This document shows, piece by piece, positions 15,494 to 23,893 of a stretch of DNA of 35,637 nt (within the stretch, counting starts at the first letter, position 1; each line of letters opens with the position of its first letter). The notes beneath the pieces are model-generated. The model saw only the letters and a program-made list of their open reading frames with translations, was not told the DNA's origin and made no database searches. This stretch comes from a virus (taxonomy: Duplodnaviria; Caudoviricetes), in the IMG/VR virus record IMGVR_UViG_3300043391_000200, positions 1 through 35,637 of that record. One strand, written 5' to 3'. The translations under genes were made by a program, and so were the position numbers.

Positions 15494-17102
15494 GGGAAAT
15501 CTTTTGTTGGTAGCGATGGTAAGCCCAGCCAGGCTTGTAGCCGTTGAGTTCGGCAATGGCTTGAAAATCGGAGAGGGAATCGGCCGCAGCGCAGAGCGCG
15601 CCGGTGATGCGTTTGAGTAGAAGGCTCAAAGGATAAACAAAACGATCCCAGTTGATCGCATTTTGGTCTTTGATGAAGTTTTCCAAATTAATTATGGCAG
15701 ATTCCCTGAATCTTTGTGACACATCTTGCATGTAGCAATTTGTAGGCACCTGCGGGATCATGTCCTCTGCCAATTCGTGCGGATCCACGTCCAGCTTTCG
15801 CGCAATCACCTCTAGGATATGGCGTCGGATCCCAGTCTGTGGTGGCGGCAGCCACTGCGGCAATTCCTCAAGGTCACCGTCAAGTTGCTCGAGTTTTCTA
15901 CGAACGGCTTGTTCCTGTTCATGTCCACATTCCGGACAAACGTCTACGGCTGCTGGAATGATTGCAAAACATGCCTCGCAGCGTCGCACTGGTGCTTCGC
16001 CCTTTTCTTTTTCTCTTCCGTCAAGGCTCCACACGCGGTGGTCTTCTGCTCGTCCGTGGTTGATTTGCCAATCCTTTTTCCTCCAGTGTGCCACGTTGCC
16101 GACGTGGTCAATCACAATAGCCCGCTCCTTGCCTGGTGCTGGCCTGAGCACTCGCCCAATCTGTTGCAGGTGCAGCCCTAGCGATTGGGTCGGACGCAAC
16201 AGGATCGCCGCGGTCACAACCGGCACGTCAAATCCCTCGCTGATAATGTCGCACGAAGAAACCCCATGCAGTTCGCCGTTGCCAAGCTTTTGGATGGCCG
16301 CTTGGTTGTCTGCGTAGCTCATCTTGGAATGCAACGCCTGCCAACGGTAACCCGCAGCGCGGAATCCTTCAGCCACGTTTTCTGAATGCGCGATGCTTGC
16401 GCAAAATGCGATTGCAGGCGCGTTGTTACACACCTTGCGATACCAGTCCACCGCGTGCCCAGTGACGCCGCGCGTGTTTACTGCGCGCTCGGTTTCGGTT
16501 TTGTCATACTCACCCATGCGAGTGCGCATTCCTTCGGTGCTAACGGTTTTTGGCGAATAGTACCGGACCTTGGAAAGGAACCCGCCGTCCATCAAATCCT
16601 GCACACGCGGCCCAATGACCATGTGGTCAAATATATCGCCCAGCCCTTTGCCGTCGAGCCGCTGCGGTGTCGCTGTGACGCCTACAACGCGCGCGGCAGG
16701 GTAAGCGCCTAGGATCGTGTTCCAGCTTCCTGCGGTGGCGTGGTGCGCCTCGTCGCAGATGATCCAGTCCGGTTGCCAAGCAATTTTCTGAATCCGGTTT
16801 TTCAACGTGTGCACCCCAGCAACCTGCGTTAGGTGGCAAAGTTCCCGCTTCCGTTTGGCAGCAATGAACCCGTGCGGAATCCCGAACCGGGCCAGCGTGC
16901 CTCCAATCTGATCTAGCAGGAAATCCCGATGCGCTAGGAGCAGCACGCGGTTGCCCCGCTCGGTCAGTTTTTTGGTGAGGTAGGAAAACATCACCGTCTT
17001 GCCTGCGCCTGTAGGCGCCACTAACAGTACGCGCCGATGCTTTTTTGCAAACGCCTCCCTGAGGTCGTCGATGCACTGTTGTTGGTAGTCTCTGAGTTCC
17101 AT
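15486..17102 (-). CDS. SF2 DEAH helicase (RadD/YejH-like) with C-terminal Zn finger
   Basis: MELRDYQ, APTGAGKT, DEAHH, TATP, EGFDVP, QQIGRVLR, CEAC/CPEC and GYKPGW. Confidence 0.92.
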   Translation of the reverse strand: MELRDYQQQCIDDLREAFAKKHRRVLLVAPTGAGKTVMFSYLTKKLTERGNRVLLLAHRDFLLDQIGGTLARFGIPHGFIAAKRKRELCHLTQVAGVHTLKNRIQKIAWQPDWIICDEAHHATAGSWNTILGAYPAARVVGVTATPQRLDGKGLGDIFDHMVIGPRVQDLMDGGFLSKVRYYSPKTVSTEGMRTRMGEYDKTETERAVNTRGVTGHAVDWYRKVCNNAPAIAFCASIAHSENVAEGFRAAGYRWQALHSKMSYADNQAAIQKLGNGELHGVSSCDIISEGFDVPVVTAAILLRPTQSLGLHLQQIGRVLRPAPGKERAIVIDHVGNVAHWRKKDWQINHGRAEDHRVWSLDGREKEKGEAPVRRCEACFAIIPAAVDVCPECGHEQEQAVRRKLEQLDGDLEELPQWLPPPQTGIRRHILEVIARKLDVDPHELAEDMIPQVPTNCYMQDVSQRFRESAIINLENFIKDQNAINWDRFVYPLSLLLKRITGALCAAADSLSDFQAIAELNGYKPGWAYHRYQQKISHV

Positions 17103-17107
17103 GTGTT

Positions 17108-17132
17108 CCGCGTGGTCGGATGCGCGGCCCCC
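17108..17132 (-). promoter_or_regulatory. GGGGG-stem-CATCC-loop RNA motif (copy 1), 5 nt before the helicase ATG
   Basis: GGGGG CCGCG CATCCGACCA CGCGG. Second copy at 18284-18309 with a compensatory base pair. Confidence 0.55.
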
Positions 17133-17142
17133 AGAGTGCGGA

Positions 17143-17598
17143 TTAAAACGGGACGTTGGCCGCAGGGTAATCCATCGGGATTTCGTCCTTCGCCTGCGCA
17201 GAGTCCGGTCCCATTGCAATACTGCCGCGGGGTAGCCAGCGCAGGATTTCGAGAAACTTTTTCCCCGCGTGTTTGCCTTCGGTTTTCTCCTTGCCGTAAC
17301 CAATTTGAACAACCCCGGAGCAGTCCAAAAGATCGGCAGGCTCAAACGTGTGTTTTGCTTCTATCTCGTCCTCAAATCCCAGCGCGTGCCGCACCTGAGT
17401 AATCTTCCAGCCTGCGGCCTCGGTGTTGTAAAGTTTTTCCACAAACTTCATTTCAGCGTTCGGCCCCACGGCAACTTCCATTTCAACCATCTGATCGCCC
17501 TTCATGCTATAGGCTTCTTGCGCCGATTTTACTCGGGCCACATATACTCCTGGAGACAAAATCCCCCTGCTTGCTTTGGCGATGTAAGTGATGCTCAT
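17143..17598 (-). CDS. Single-stranded DNA-binding protein, DUF669-like
   Basis: PGVYVARV...SMKGDQMV OB-like pattern and acidic tail ending in PF. Adjacent to the annealase. Confidence 0.75.
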   Translation of the reverse strand: MSITYIAKASRGILSPGVYVARVKSAQEAYSMKGDQMVEMEVAVGPNAEMKFVEKLYNTEAAGWKITQVRHALGFEDEIEAKHTFEPADLLDCSGVVQIGYGKEKTEGKHAGKKFLEILRWLPRGSIAMGPDSAQAKDEIPMDYPAANVPF

Positions 17599-18266
17599 AG
17601 TGCTGCTTTACGGTTAGTTGCTGCGGTTTTGCAGAGTTGATAAAATGCGCTGGTCGGTGCATGTCCCTGCACTGCGTCTTGGAAAGCTAGCACCAAAGAC
17701 TCCATGGTCGGCGCCAGCGTGATGCTCTCGGGAGCTGTTTCCTGTACGGTTTCAATTTCCAACGTGCGGATCGGCTGCTCAAAAGTGCGGATCGGCTGCT
17801 CAAATGTGCTCACCTCCTCGGGGGTGTACATGCCGACGATCACGCCAGGATAAACGGTGCGCACCCCCTCGGAAATGCACCGCGCCCGCAGCATGGCCGC
17901 CGGGAACTTGTCGAGGTTGCCGACGCCTGCCTTTTTAGCGCGGGCGATCGTCCATGTGATCGTAACGCTACCGCCCTGCGGATGCGAGAACGTGCCGGTG
18001 ACGCCTTCGTCGGAATACGCATCCCAATTGACTCGCCCTCCAGCGCCCTGAAACCGTGCCAGCATCGCATCCGCGGTGAGGCTCGGTTTGCCATTGATGA
18101 TGTGGTAGTGCGTCGCAGCCTTAGCCGGGTGCAGTCCGTCCGCTTGAGCCACGAGCATGAGCGCCGCAGCCTGTTCCATCGTTTTGAAACCAAAGCATCC
18201 AGCTTTAGCGACGACGGTTGCCATCTGTTGAAGATCCCCAAATGGGATAAGTTGCATGTCTGACAT
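17595..18266 (-). CDS. RecT/Redbeta-like single-strand annealing protein
   Basis: Starts MSDMQLIPF. Motifs GLHP, HIINGKP and MLRARCISEGVRTVYPGVIVGMYTPEE. Near the exonuclease. Confidence 0.75.
   Translation of the reverse strand: MSDMQLIPFGDLQQMATVVAKAGCFGFKTMEQAAALMLVAQADGLHPAKAATHYHIINGKPSLTADAMLARFQGAGGRVNWDAYSDEGVTGTFSHPQGGSVTITWTIARAKKAGVGNLDKFPAAMLRARCISEGVRTVYPGVIVGMYTPEEVSTFEQPIRTFEQPIRTLEIETVQETAPESITLAPTMESLVLAFQDAVQGHAPTSAFYQLCKTAATNRKAAL
17764..17804. repeat. In-frame 21-bp tandem duplication (FEQPIRT x2)
   Basis: gtgcggatcggctgctcaaa at 17764 and 17785. Confidence 0.9.
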
Positions 18267-18283
18267 ATTAGGTTTTTGGTTGT

Positions 18284-18309
18284 CTGCGTGTTGAGGATGC
18301 GCAGCCCCC
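18284..18309 (-). promoter_or_regulatory. GGGGG-stem-CATCC-loop RNA motif (copy 2), upstream of the annealase
   Basis: GGGGG CTGCG CATCCTCAACA CGCAG. Confidence 0.55.
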
Positions 18310-18316
18310 TGTGTGA

Positions 18317-18661
18317 TTATTTGACCTTTTTTGCCTCTGCAATAAGGCAATCTGCGTAGCAAAGTGCGTCTCTGCCGTAACTTCCGGTAATTCCTCCCGC
18401 CATAATCATGGCCGCAATTTCAAGGCGGGACGGTTCGGGTCTGACCTGTGCCGCTTTTGCTTCGTTCATGCCAGCCACAAGTTTGAGCATCTGCTGGCTA
18501 AGGTCGTCTGGATTGACCATTTCTGCACGCATCCGCTCAATCAGGTCCATTTGCTCTTGCAGTCGTGATGCTGCATCCAAAAGGTCACCTTGCAAAATGG
18601 CGTCCATCTGGTTTGCCACTTTGCGAATGTTGTCAATGATTCTGAGTGTGGTTTGTTCCAT
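18317..18661 (-). CDS. Hypothetical protein (114 aa)
   Basis: Starts MEQTTLR after an A-rich leader. C-terminal PEPSRLEIAAM...ALCYADCLIAE phage-type motif. Confidence 0.7.
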   Translation of the reverse strand: MEQTTLRIIDNIRKVANQMDAILQGDLLDAASRLQEQMDLIERMRAEMVNPDDLSQQMLKLVAGMNEAKAAQVRPEPSRLEIAAMIMAGGITGSYGRDALCYADCLIAEAKKVK

Positions 18662-18672
18662 GTGTTGTTTTT

Positions 18673-19662
18673 TTACTTTGCCTGTACCAAGGGAGCCTGC
18701 CCGACCTTCTTCTGCACGATCCACTCTGGCAGCTCATGCCCGGCATTGCTCCAAAGCGTCTCCGCTTTTTTGCGACTAAGTCCACCAAGTGCGGCAATGG
18801 CGTCACCAGCACCAATGAGCCCCTCCTCGACTGCCCGTTGGACGTGCTCGGCCTCGATGTACTCGCTCGCACGCGGCTTCTGTAGCCTCCAACCGTGCAC
18901 AGGCTGCCCAGCTTCGAGCAGTTCGCGGGCCTTTGCCTTGGCCGCGTCGCGAAAATCTTCCAACGTGCTGCACGCCGTCAGGAACTTGCCGAGTTGCACC
19001 GGGTCGTTGAGCACGGCCAGAAACCCCTCGTCCTGCACCGTTGGCGCAAGCCCTGCCACCGTCACCAGTGCGCTGTCTTTGCTGGCAACGCGAGCGGGAC
19101 AGGTCAGCGATTTTGCGCACCAGCCGCAGTAGTCGTTTTCACGCGGGCCAGTGCCCACGTTAGAAAGAATGCCGCGCACTAGGCTGGATGCTGACTTGTA
19201 CGTCCAGTGATGCGTGACGAGCTTGCGCTGGTCGCAAAACAAAAGGTGCGTGGTCCAGCTCTGCTCGAAGCGCATCTGCATCAGCCCGAGCGCGTAGGCT
19301 GCCATCTGGCCCTGGTAATCGTAAATCTGCCCGCTCTTGAGATCCATTGACCAGTTCGCCCGAGCAGCAACGCCGTCAACGGTGCCGGTGTGCTCCAGCC
19401 CCGCCGTCTGCACCCGGCATGCGTCGTCGGCTGTCAGGAGCCCGTCTGCCCCTCCACCCAGTTGGATGCACTGGCCGAGCGCCCAATTGATGGCCGCTGC
19501 GTCCTCGTTGTTGAGGTCACGGGGCAGTTCGCCGCTGGTCCAAGCGTCGCGGAAAACGCGATCTAGCATGGTTCCACGTTCGGCCGCCGGGCTGGTGCCT
19601 GGTGAGCCCTCGTACTGCCCGCAGAGGGCCAGCTTGGGAAGTGATGAGTGTCTGATTTTCAT
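18673..19662 (-). CDS. PD-(D/E)xK exonuclease, Cas4/RecB-like (DUF2800-like)
   Basis: IRHSSL...C, ERGT, GTVD, DLKSG, QMAAYALG and CGWC-x5-CP. Confidence 0.88.
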   Translation of the reverse strand: MKIRHSSLPKLALCGQYEGSPGTSPAAERGTMLDRVFRDAWTSGELPRDLNNEDAAAINWALGQCIQLGGGADGLLTADDACRVQTAGLEHTGTVDGVAARANWSMDLKSGQIYDYQGQMAAYALGLMQMRFEQSWTTHLLFCDQRKLVTHHWTYKSASSLVRGILSNVGTGPRENDYCGWCAKSLTCPARVASKDSALVTVAGLAPTVQDEGFLAVLNDPVQLGKFLTACSTLEDFRDAAKAKARELLEAGQPVHGWRLQKPRASEYIEAEHVQRAVEEGLIGAGDAIAALGGLSRKKAETLWSNAGHELPEWIVQKKVGQAPLVQAK

Positions 19663-21851
19663 TAAAATAGGCTGGGTTGAGATTCAATGTTGCGGAGGTT
19701 AGTCACTGCGTGTTCTGCGTAGCTTTTTTTGAGTTCAGATCCGACAAACCTTCTGCCAAGGGTCAGCGCGCCGTACCCTTCCGATCCAATCCCGGTAAAC
19801 GGTGAGTAAACTAGATCTCCTTTGTTGCTCCACAGCGTGATGGCTCGCTCAATCACGTCGAGCTGCAACGGGCAGATGTGTTTTTCGTCTGCCTGATCCC
19901 TTGCTACTTCGCCGTTTAGCACTCGTCCCTGATCCACTGTCATCCAGACAGGAGACGCCACTTCTTGCCACCAAGAGACGGGGAACTCTGATCCGTCCTT
20001 TGTCACAGGAATCACAGTCTGCCCTGGTGCTCGGAAAACTAGCAGGTAGTCAGCGCAGCCCACTCGCGAACTGGAGGAGTCGGTTTTGAGCGTCTTGTGC
20101 AGGAGCCCGTGCGCCTTTGTGCGCTGCATCTCTGTCACCGGACTTTTCCAAATGCAAATGCGCGAGTGAAAAAGGAAGTCGTGCTTCCAAAATGCTCGGA
20201 TGATTTCGCCGCTGAAATCCTGAAACTGAATGGATCCTGTTTTCCACTTGGTTGAAAGCAAGTCCACACAATGCACCGCCACTTCGCGCCCAGGCTGCAT
20301 GATCCGTTTGATTTCTTGGATCAAAAAATCGAAATGCACCATGAAATCTGCCATTGAGTCACAGTTGCCCATGTCTTGCGGATCGTTTGAGTATGTAAAC
20401 AGGTCAGCAAACGGCGGGCTGAAAACCGAGAAGTCAATCGAGCCCGTCGGGATCGTCTTGGCAACTCGGACACAGTCGCCGTGGTGCACTGTCCAATTCT
20501 TGCCTGAGCAAGTGTCCACTCCTGTCTTTGCTTCCACTGTCTCGGACTTCTGAAAAGTCATCTCTGCTGCTGCTAGTTTCATGTTCTCTTGCATTTTCTC
20601 ATGTTGCTCTATTTTCCGCCTGATTGATTGAAGGATCGCTCCTTCGGTCTTTGCCTGCACGATGTAGGCGTTTACCTCTTGCGTTTGCCCGAACCTGTAG
20701 GAGCGTCTGAGAGCTTGGTAGAAGTCCTCAAACGAGTAGCTAAGTCCGACAAATGCCACGTTGCGGCAGTGCTGCCAGTTAAGTCCGAACCCAGCGATGC
20801 TCGGCTTGGTAATAATTACGCGAGCCCGCCCTTGGCTGAAATCACTGATCAACGTCTCCTTGCGAGTTGATGTGTCAGAGCCTCGGACTTCAATCGCATC
20901 CGGTATTCGCTGCGCTAAGTTGTCTGCCTCGTCGTTGGTGTTGCACCAGACAATCCAAGGTTCATCCGATCCATTCACTAAGTTTGCCACCGCATCGGAT
21001 CGATCCGCCGATGTCATGCGCATCTCTCTGTGCATCGTTGTTGCTGATAGCGTGGCAATTCTGAACAAGTCTTCCCCGGTGTTTGTGCTGATGTCAGCGT
21101 CAACCAAAATTGTCTGCATGTTCAGTGCTGGCAGATCATACCCAGCATTTTCAAAACCAATATCAGACGGCCTCGAAACGCACGCCGCCCAGCTTGCGAG
21201 CCACTTCCAAAACTGGCTCTCAGCGTGTTTTTTGAGCCGCCAGTCGCCAGTGTTGAATGTGTCATTCACGAAAAATGTCGCCAGCATCTGAGCAGGCGAG
21301 CAGATGCCAAGGAAATCAGCGTGCTGCCCGAGTTCGGTGTAGTCGTTCGGTGATGGTGTCGCAGTACACGCAAGCCTGTACGGTGTCTGAGAAAAGGCAT
21401 CTGTCAGCGCTTTTCTGGTTTTTCCAGTAAACGATTTTAGAATCGAAGACTCGTCCAAAACTACCCCGGCAAAAACTGAGCAATCAAAATGCTCCAGCTT
21501 CTCGTAGTTTGTGATCCAGACTCCTGGTGCGGTAATTTCGTCGCCGCTGGCAATCTGCTTTGCTTCGATTCCAAACTTCTGCGCTTCCCTGGCAGTCTGT
21601 GATGCCACAGCAAGAGGGGTCAGGATGAGCACACTGCCGCCAGTGTGACGCACAACTTGATAAGCCCACTCAAGCTGCTGGGCAGTCTTACCGAGCCCGC
21701 AGTCCTCAAATAGTGCGCACCGGCCCTTCTTGACGGCCCACCGCACAATGTGCGCTTGCCAGTCAAAAAGAGGAGCAATGATTGGCATCGGTTCAAACCC
21801 GGCATCGCGCACGGTTTTCTTTTTCCCGACAATGTAGTCGTCGTAATTCAT
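19662..21851 (-). CDS. SNF2-like helicase fused to an N4/N6 amino-DNA methyltransferase
   Basis: Starts MNYDDYI. Helicase motifs DCGLGKT, LDESS, TATP, GLNWQ and QALRRSYRFGQ. MTase motifs FSPPF, HICPLQ and SPFTGIGSE. Confidence 0.9.
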   Translation of the reverse strand: MNYDDYIVGKKKTVRDAGFEPMPIIAPLFDWQAHIVRWAVKKGRCALFEDCGLGKTAQQLEWAYQVVRHTGGSVLILTPLAVASQTAREAQKFGIEAKQIASGDEITAPGVWITNYEKLEHFDCSVFAGVVLDESSILKSFTGKTRKALTDAFSQTPYRLACTATPSPNDYTELGQHADFLGICSPAQMLATFFVNDTFNTGDWRLKKHAESQFWKWLASWAACVSRPSDIGFENAGYDLPALNMQTILVDADISTNTGEDLFRIATLSATTMHREMRMTSADRSDAVANLVNGSDEPWIVWCNTNDEADNLAQRIPDAIEVRGSDTSTRKETLISDFSQGRARVIITKPSIAGFGLNWQHCRNVAFVGLSYSFEDFYQALRRSYRFGQTQEVNAYIVQAKTEGAILQSIRRKIEQHEKMQENMKLAAAEMTFQKSETVEAKTGVDTCSGKNWTVHHGDCVRVAKTIPTGSIDFSVFSPPFADLFTYSNDPQDMGNCDSMADFMVHFDFLIQEIKRIMQPGREVAVHCVDLLSTKWKTGSIQFQDFSGEIIRAFWKHDFLFHSRICIWKSPVTEMQRTKAHGLLHKTLKTDSSSSRVGCADYLLVFRAPGQTVIPVTKDGSEFPVSWWQEVASPVWMTVDQGRVLNGEVARDQADEKHICPLQLDVIERAITLWSNKGDLVYSPFTGIGSEGYGALTLGRRFVGSELKKSYAEHAVTNLRNIESQPSLF

Positions 21852-22426
21852 TTGGTTTTCCTCTCCGCGTTTCTGATTGCGCGGTATTCCTTCGAGCACT
21901 CCGGGCTGCACGTCTTGGCAACTCCGCTCCCTGCGGGCCTCACTGGCCGCACTTGGTGGCAGATGATGCACTCGGCCATCTTTGGCTGTGATTTGGTGTA
22001 GGTGTGTTGCGCCTTAAAACTGGCGACCTGGAGCGTCTGGCTGCACTCGGGTGAGCAGCAGATTTTTTTGCGGTCCACCGGCCGAAACTCAATGCCGCAG
22101 TTTTTGCACGGCTTGATGGGGATCCGGCACACTTCACATTTGGTCAGCGTGCGCTTGTGCCGCTCAAACGTCACGCCGCACTCGCAACACTGAGTGGTCT
22201 GCCACTCTGCTAGCGGTGCACGCTTGAGGATCGGCGTCGGCACCAGTCCGCTCGGATCAGGCCGCTTGATGAGCCCCTTGCGGATCGCATCGGCAACCAG
22301 CGCAGGCATCTCGGCCAGCTCCGGCTTAAGCACGTCCTCGGCCAAGCTGCCCAGCCGGGAGATGTAGCTTTTATGGTGCCTGTGCGGCGCCGAGTAATAC
22401 GGCGCGCCATTCATAAGTCCGCTCAT
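21848..22426 (-). CDS. Multi-zinc-finger protein
   Basis: Three CxxC...C(S)xxC modules (CCEC/CEVC, CKNC/CSPEC, CIIC/CSPEC). ATGA-coupled. Confidence 0.75.
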   Translation of the reverse strand: MSGLMNGAPYYSAPHRHHKSYISRLGSLAEDVLKPELAEMPALVADAIRKGLIKRPDPSGLVPTPILKRAPLAEWQTTQCCECGVTFERHKRTLTKCEVCRIPIKPCKNCGIEFRPVDRKKICCSPECSQTLQVASFKAQHTYTKSQPKMAECIICHQVRPVRPAGSGVAKTCSPECSKEYRAIRNAERKTK

Positions 22427-22629
22427 CTTGAGTAGCGGTCGAGGGCCCACAGATTGATGACGGTCAGCCCCACCAGCGTCAGGGACTCCACTAGGTCGCG
22501 GGATCCGGCCAGAGCCAGCAGGTCTACCAGCAGCAGCCCGCCAAATCCGGCAAGATACCAGACTGTGCGGCGTGGTTTGTTGGGCGGCGTTGGTCCCTGG
22601 TAGGGGCGGGAATAGTGTGAGGTGCTCAT
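22423..22629 (-). CDS. Small membrane protein (68 aa)
   Basis: Starts MSTSHYSR. Two hydrophobic segments. Confidence 0.65.
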   Translation of the reverse strand: MSTSHYSRPYQGPTPPNKPRRTVWYLAGFGGLLLVDLLALAGSRDLVESLTLVGLTVINLWALDRYSR

Positions 22630-22630
22630 G

Positions 22631-22804
22631 TTATCGGCTGTAAATTGCAGTCTCGATGCGGACAACGGTCAGGTCGGTGGACATGCCAGCGCGCCGCAGT
22701 GCACGCTCGGCGCCGATGTACGTGAGCCGGTAGTGGCGGCTGAGACTGCGGGTAGACTGCTCGCCGGTGAGCAGGTTGCTAAGGGTAATGGTGTGCAGGA
22801 TCAT
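22631..22804 (-). CDS. Hypothetical protein (57 aa; below the ORF-track cut-off)
   Basis: MILHTITLSNLLTGEQSTRSLSRHYRLTYIGAERALRRAGMSTDLTVVRIETAIYSR*. AACCAA leader, and it fills the gap between neighbours. Confidence 0.65.
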   Translation of the reverse strand: MILHTITLSNLLTGEQSTRSLSRHYRLTYIGAERALRRAGMSTDLTVVRIETAIYSR

Positions 22805-22822
22805 TTGGTTAATGCTTGGCGC

Positions 22823-23056
22823 TTAACGAGCGGCAACGGTGAGTGTGACAGTGCGGCCTGTGCCGTCCTTGCGAAAGCTGCGGGCCTGCCGCTCTGCGTC
22901 GCGCTTGTTGCCGTATTCCCAGGTCATCGGGCGCTTGTAGAGTTCCAGCGCCTTGCGAATCGGAAATCCCGTGCGAAGCTGAAATCCAAGCAGGTGCTTG
23001 GCTAAAACGGGCAGTGCAGGGATGGTTTTGTAAACGGAAACGGTGTAGGTGTTCAT
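22823..23056 (-). CDS. Hypothetical early protein (77 aa)
   Basis: Strong C/A-rich leader GAGACAACCAAACCAAAAACCAAA-ATG. Confidence 0.7.
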   Translation of the reverse strand: MNTYTVSVYKTIPALPVLAKHLLGFQLRTGFPIRKALELYKRPMTWEYGNKRDAERQARSFRKDGTGRTVTLTVAAR

Positions 23057-23097
23057 TTTGGTTTTTGGTTTGGTTGTCTCACTCTCAGACGAAGGAC

Positions 23098-23149
23098 GGC
23101 CTCGTCAGCACCCGCGTTACGGGTGGACGCCCCGGAGGGCGTTTCGGCC
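23098..23149 (-). ncRNA. Hammerhead ribozyme, type II
   Basis: GGCC GAAA CGCCC-UCCG-GGGCG UC / CACCCG-UAACG-CGGGUG CUGACGA GGCC. Complete core (CUGANGA, GAAA, GUC) with three stems. Intergenic and in the sense of the operon. Confidence 0.9.
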
Positions 23150-23166
23150 TAGGTTGCCAGCGCACG

Positions 23167-23403
23167 CTATTCAGCCTGCCTAATGCGAACTTCTACAAAA
23201 TACTTAGCCATGCCAAGAGTCGGCTCGCTATCGCGCCAGCTTTCCTCGCCGGGAGGATAGATGTTCCATTCAACTGCTCCGCCTTCGGGGTCGCCTAAAG
23301 TAGCGTAGTCAAACCGTTTAATGGTCCATCCCCGGTAAAGGTAGTGGCCTGCGGCGACTTTCTTTGCTGTGTGCGTGATAACTTTTTTGCTTTTGCGTGT
23401 CAT
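23167..23403 (-). CDS. Hypothetical early protein (78 aa)
   Basis: Leader GACAACAAACCAAACCAACGACA-ATG. KKVAAGHYLYRGWTI pattern. Confidence 0.75.
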   Translation of the reverse strand: MTRKSKKVITHTAKKVAAGHYLYRGWTIKRFDYATLGDPEGGAVEWNIYPPGEESWRDSEPTLGMAKYFVEVRIRQAE

Positions 23404-23448
23404 TGTCGTTGGTTTGGTTTGTTGTCGTAGTTGCTGCTAACGACGCCA

Positions 23449-23477
23449 ACTCTACGCACCCAAACGCGCTTGGCTAG
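23449..23477 (-). promoter_or_regulatory. Putative early promoter with palindromic operator (copy 1)
   Basis: CTAGCC-N17-TAGAGT with an AT-rich tract upstream. CCAAACGCGCTTGG at 23460-23473. Confidence 0.55.
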
Positions 23478-23648
23478 CTATTTTGTTAAATTATTTTTAG
23501 CCCGCCTCAAAGCGTTCATTTCACGCGCTTTAGGACGCGGCTTGCTGGCATTTTGGCGCGCTGCCTCTGCTTTTTTTTCGGACTTAACAGCGCCGCCTAG
23601 CTTGCCAATCTCCCGGCAGTGTTCTCGGAGTGTTTTTTCAGTGCTCAT
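23478..23648 (-). CDS. Small basic protein (56 aa), possibly DNA-binding
   Basis: MSTEKTLREHCREIGKLGGAVKSEKKAEAARQNASKPRPK. KGG-like motif. Confidence 0.7.
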   Translation of the reverse strand: MSTEKTLREHCREIGKLGGAVKSEKKAEAARQNASKPRPKAREMNALRRAKNNLTK

Positions 23649-23859
23649 TTTGATGTAACCTGTTGATTTCACGCTCAATATACCAAATAGCCTTGCGCAG
23701 ATCCTGCACGGCGTCGCCTTTGTTGCCTGCCCGCCACAAGTACTTGATTGCGTTGCCAATACAAAAGTTATGGTGCTCGCAAATCGTAATGGCCTCAACT
23801 CCAGATTTGTGGCTCGTGTAGTGCGCGGGATGGTTTACAGGGTCGTCAGGTTGCTTCAT
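23638..23859 (-). CDS. DUF3310 family protein (T7 gp1.7 / SaV-like)
   Basis: DPVNHPAHY, GNAIKYLWRAG.K and QDLRKAIWYI signature. Confidence 0.9.
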   Translation of the reverse strand: MKQPDDPVNHPAHYTSHKSGVEAITICEHHNFCIGNAIKYLWRAGNKGDAVQDLRKAIWYIEREINRLHQNEH

Positions 23860-23865
23860 GCCTGC

Positions 23866-23893
23866 ACATTACCCAAGCGCGCTTGGCTGTCTA
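23866..23893 (-). promoter_or_regulatory. Putative early promoter with palindromic operator (copy 2)
   Basis: TAGACA-N16-TAATGT, 6 nt before the ATG. The perfect palindrome CCAAGCGCGCTTGG (23873-23886) fills the spacer. Confidence 0.6.

Noticed and set aside
18673-19662. CRISPR-Cas system (Cas4-like gene)
   Set aside because: No repeat-spacer array or other cas genes. The RecT/SSB context indicates a recombination exonuclease.
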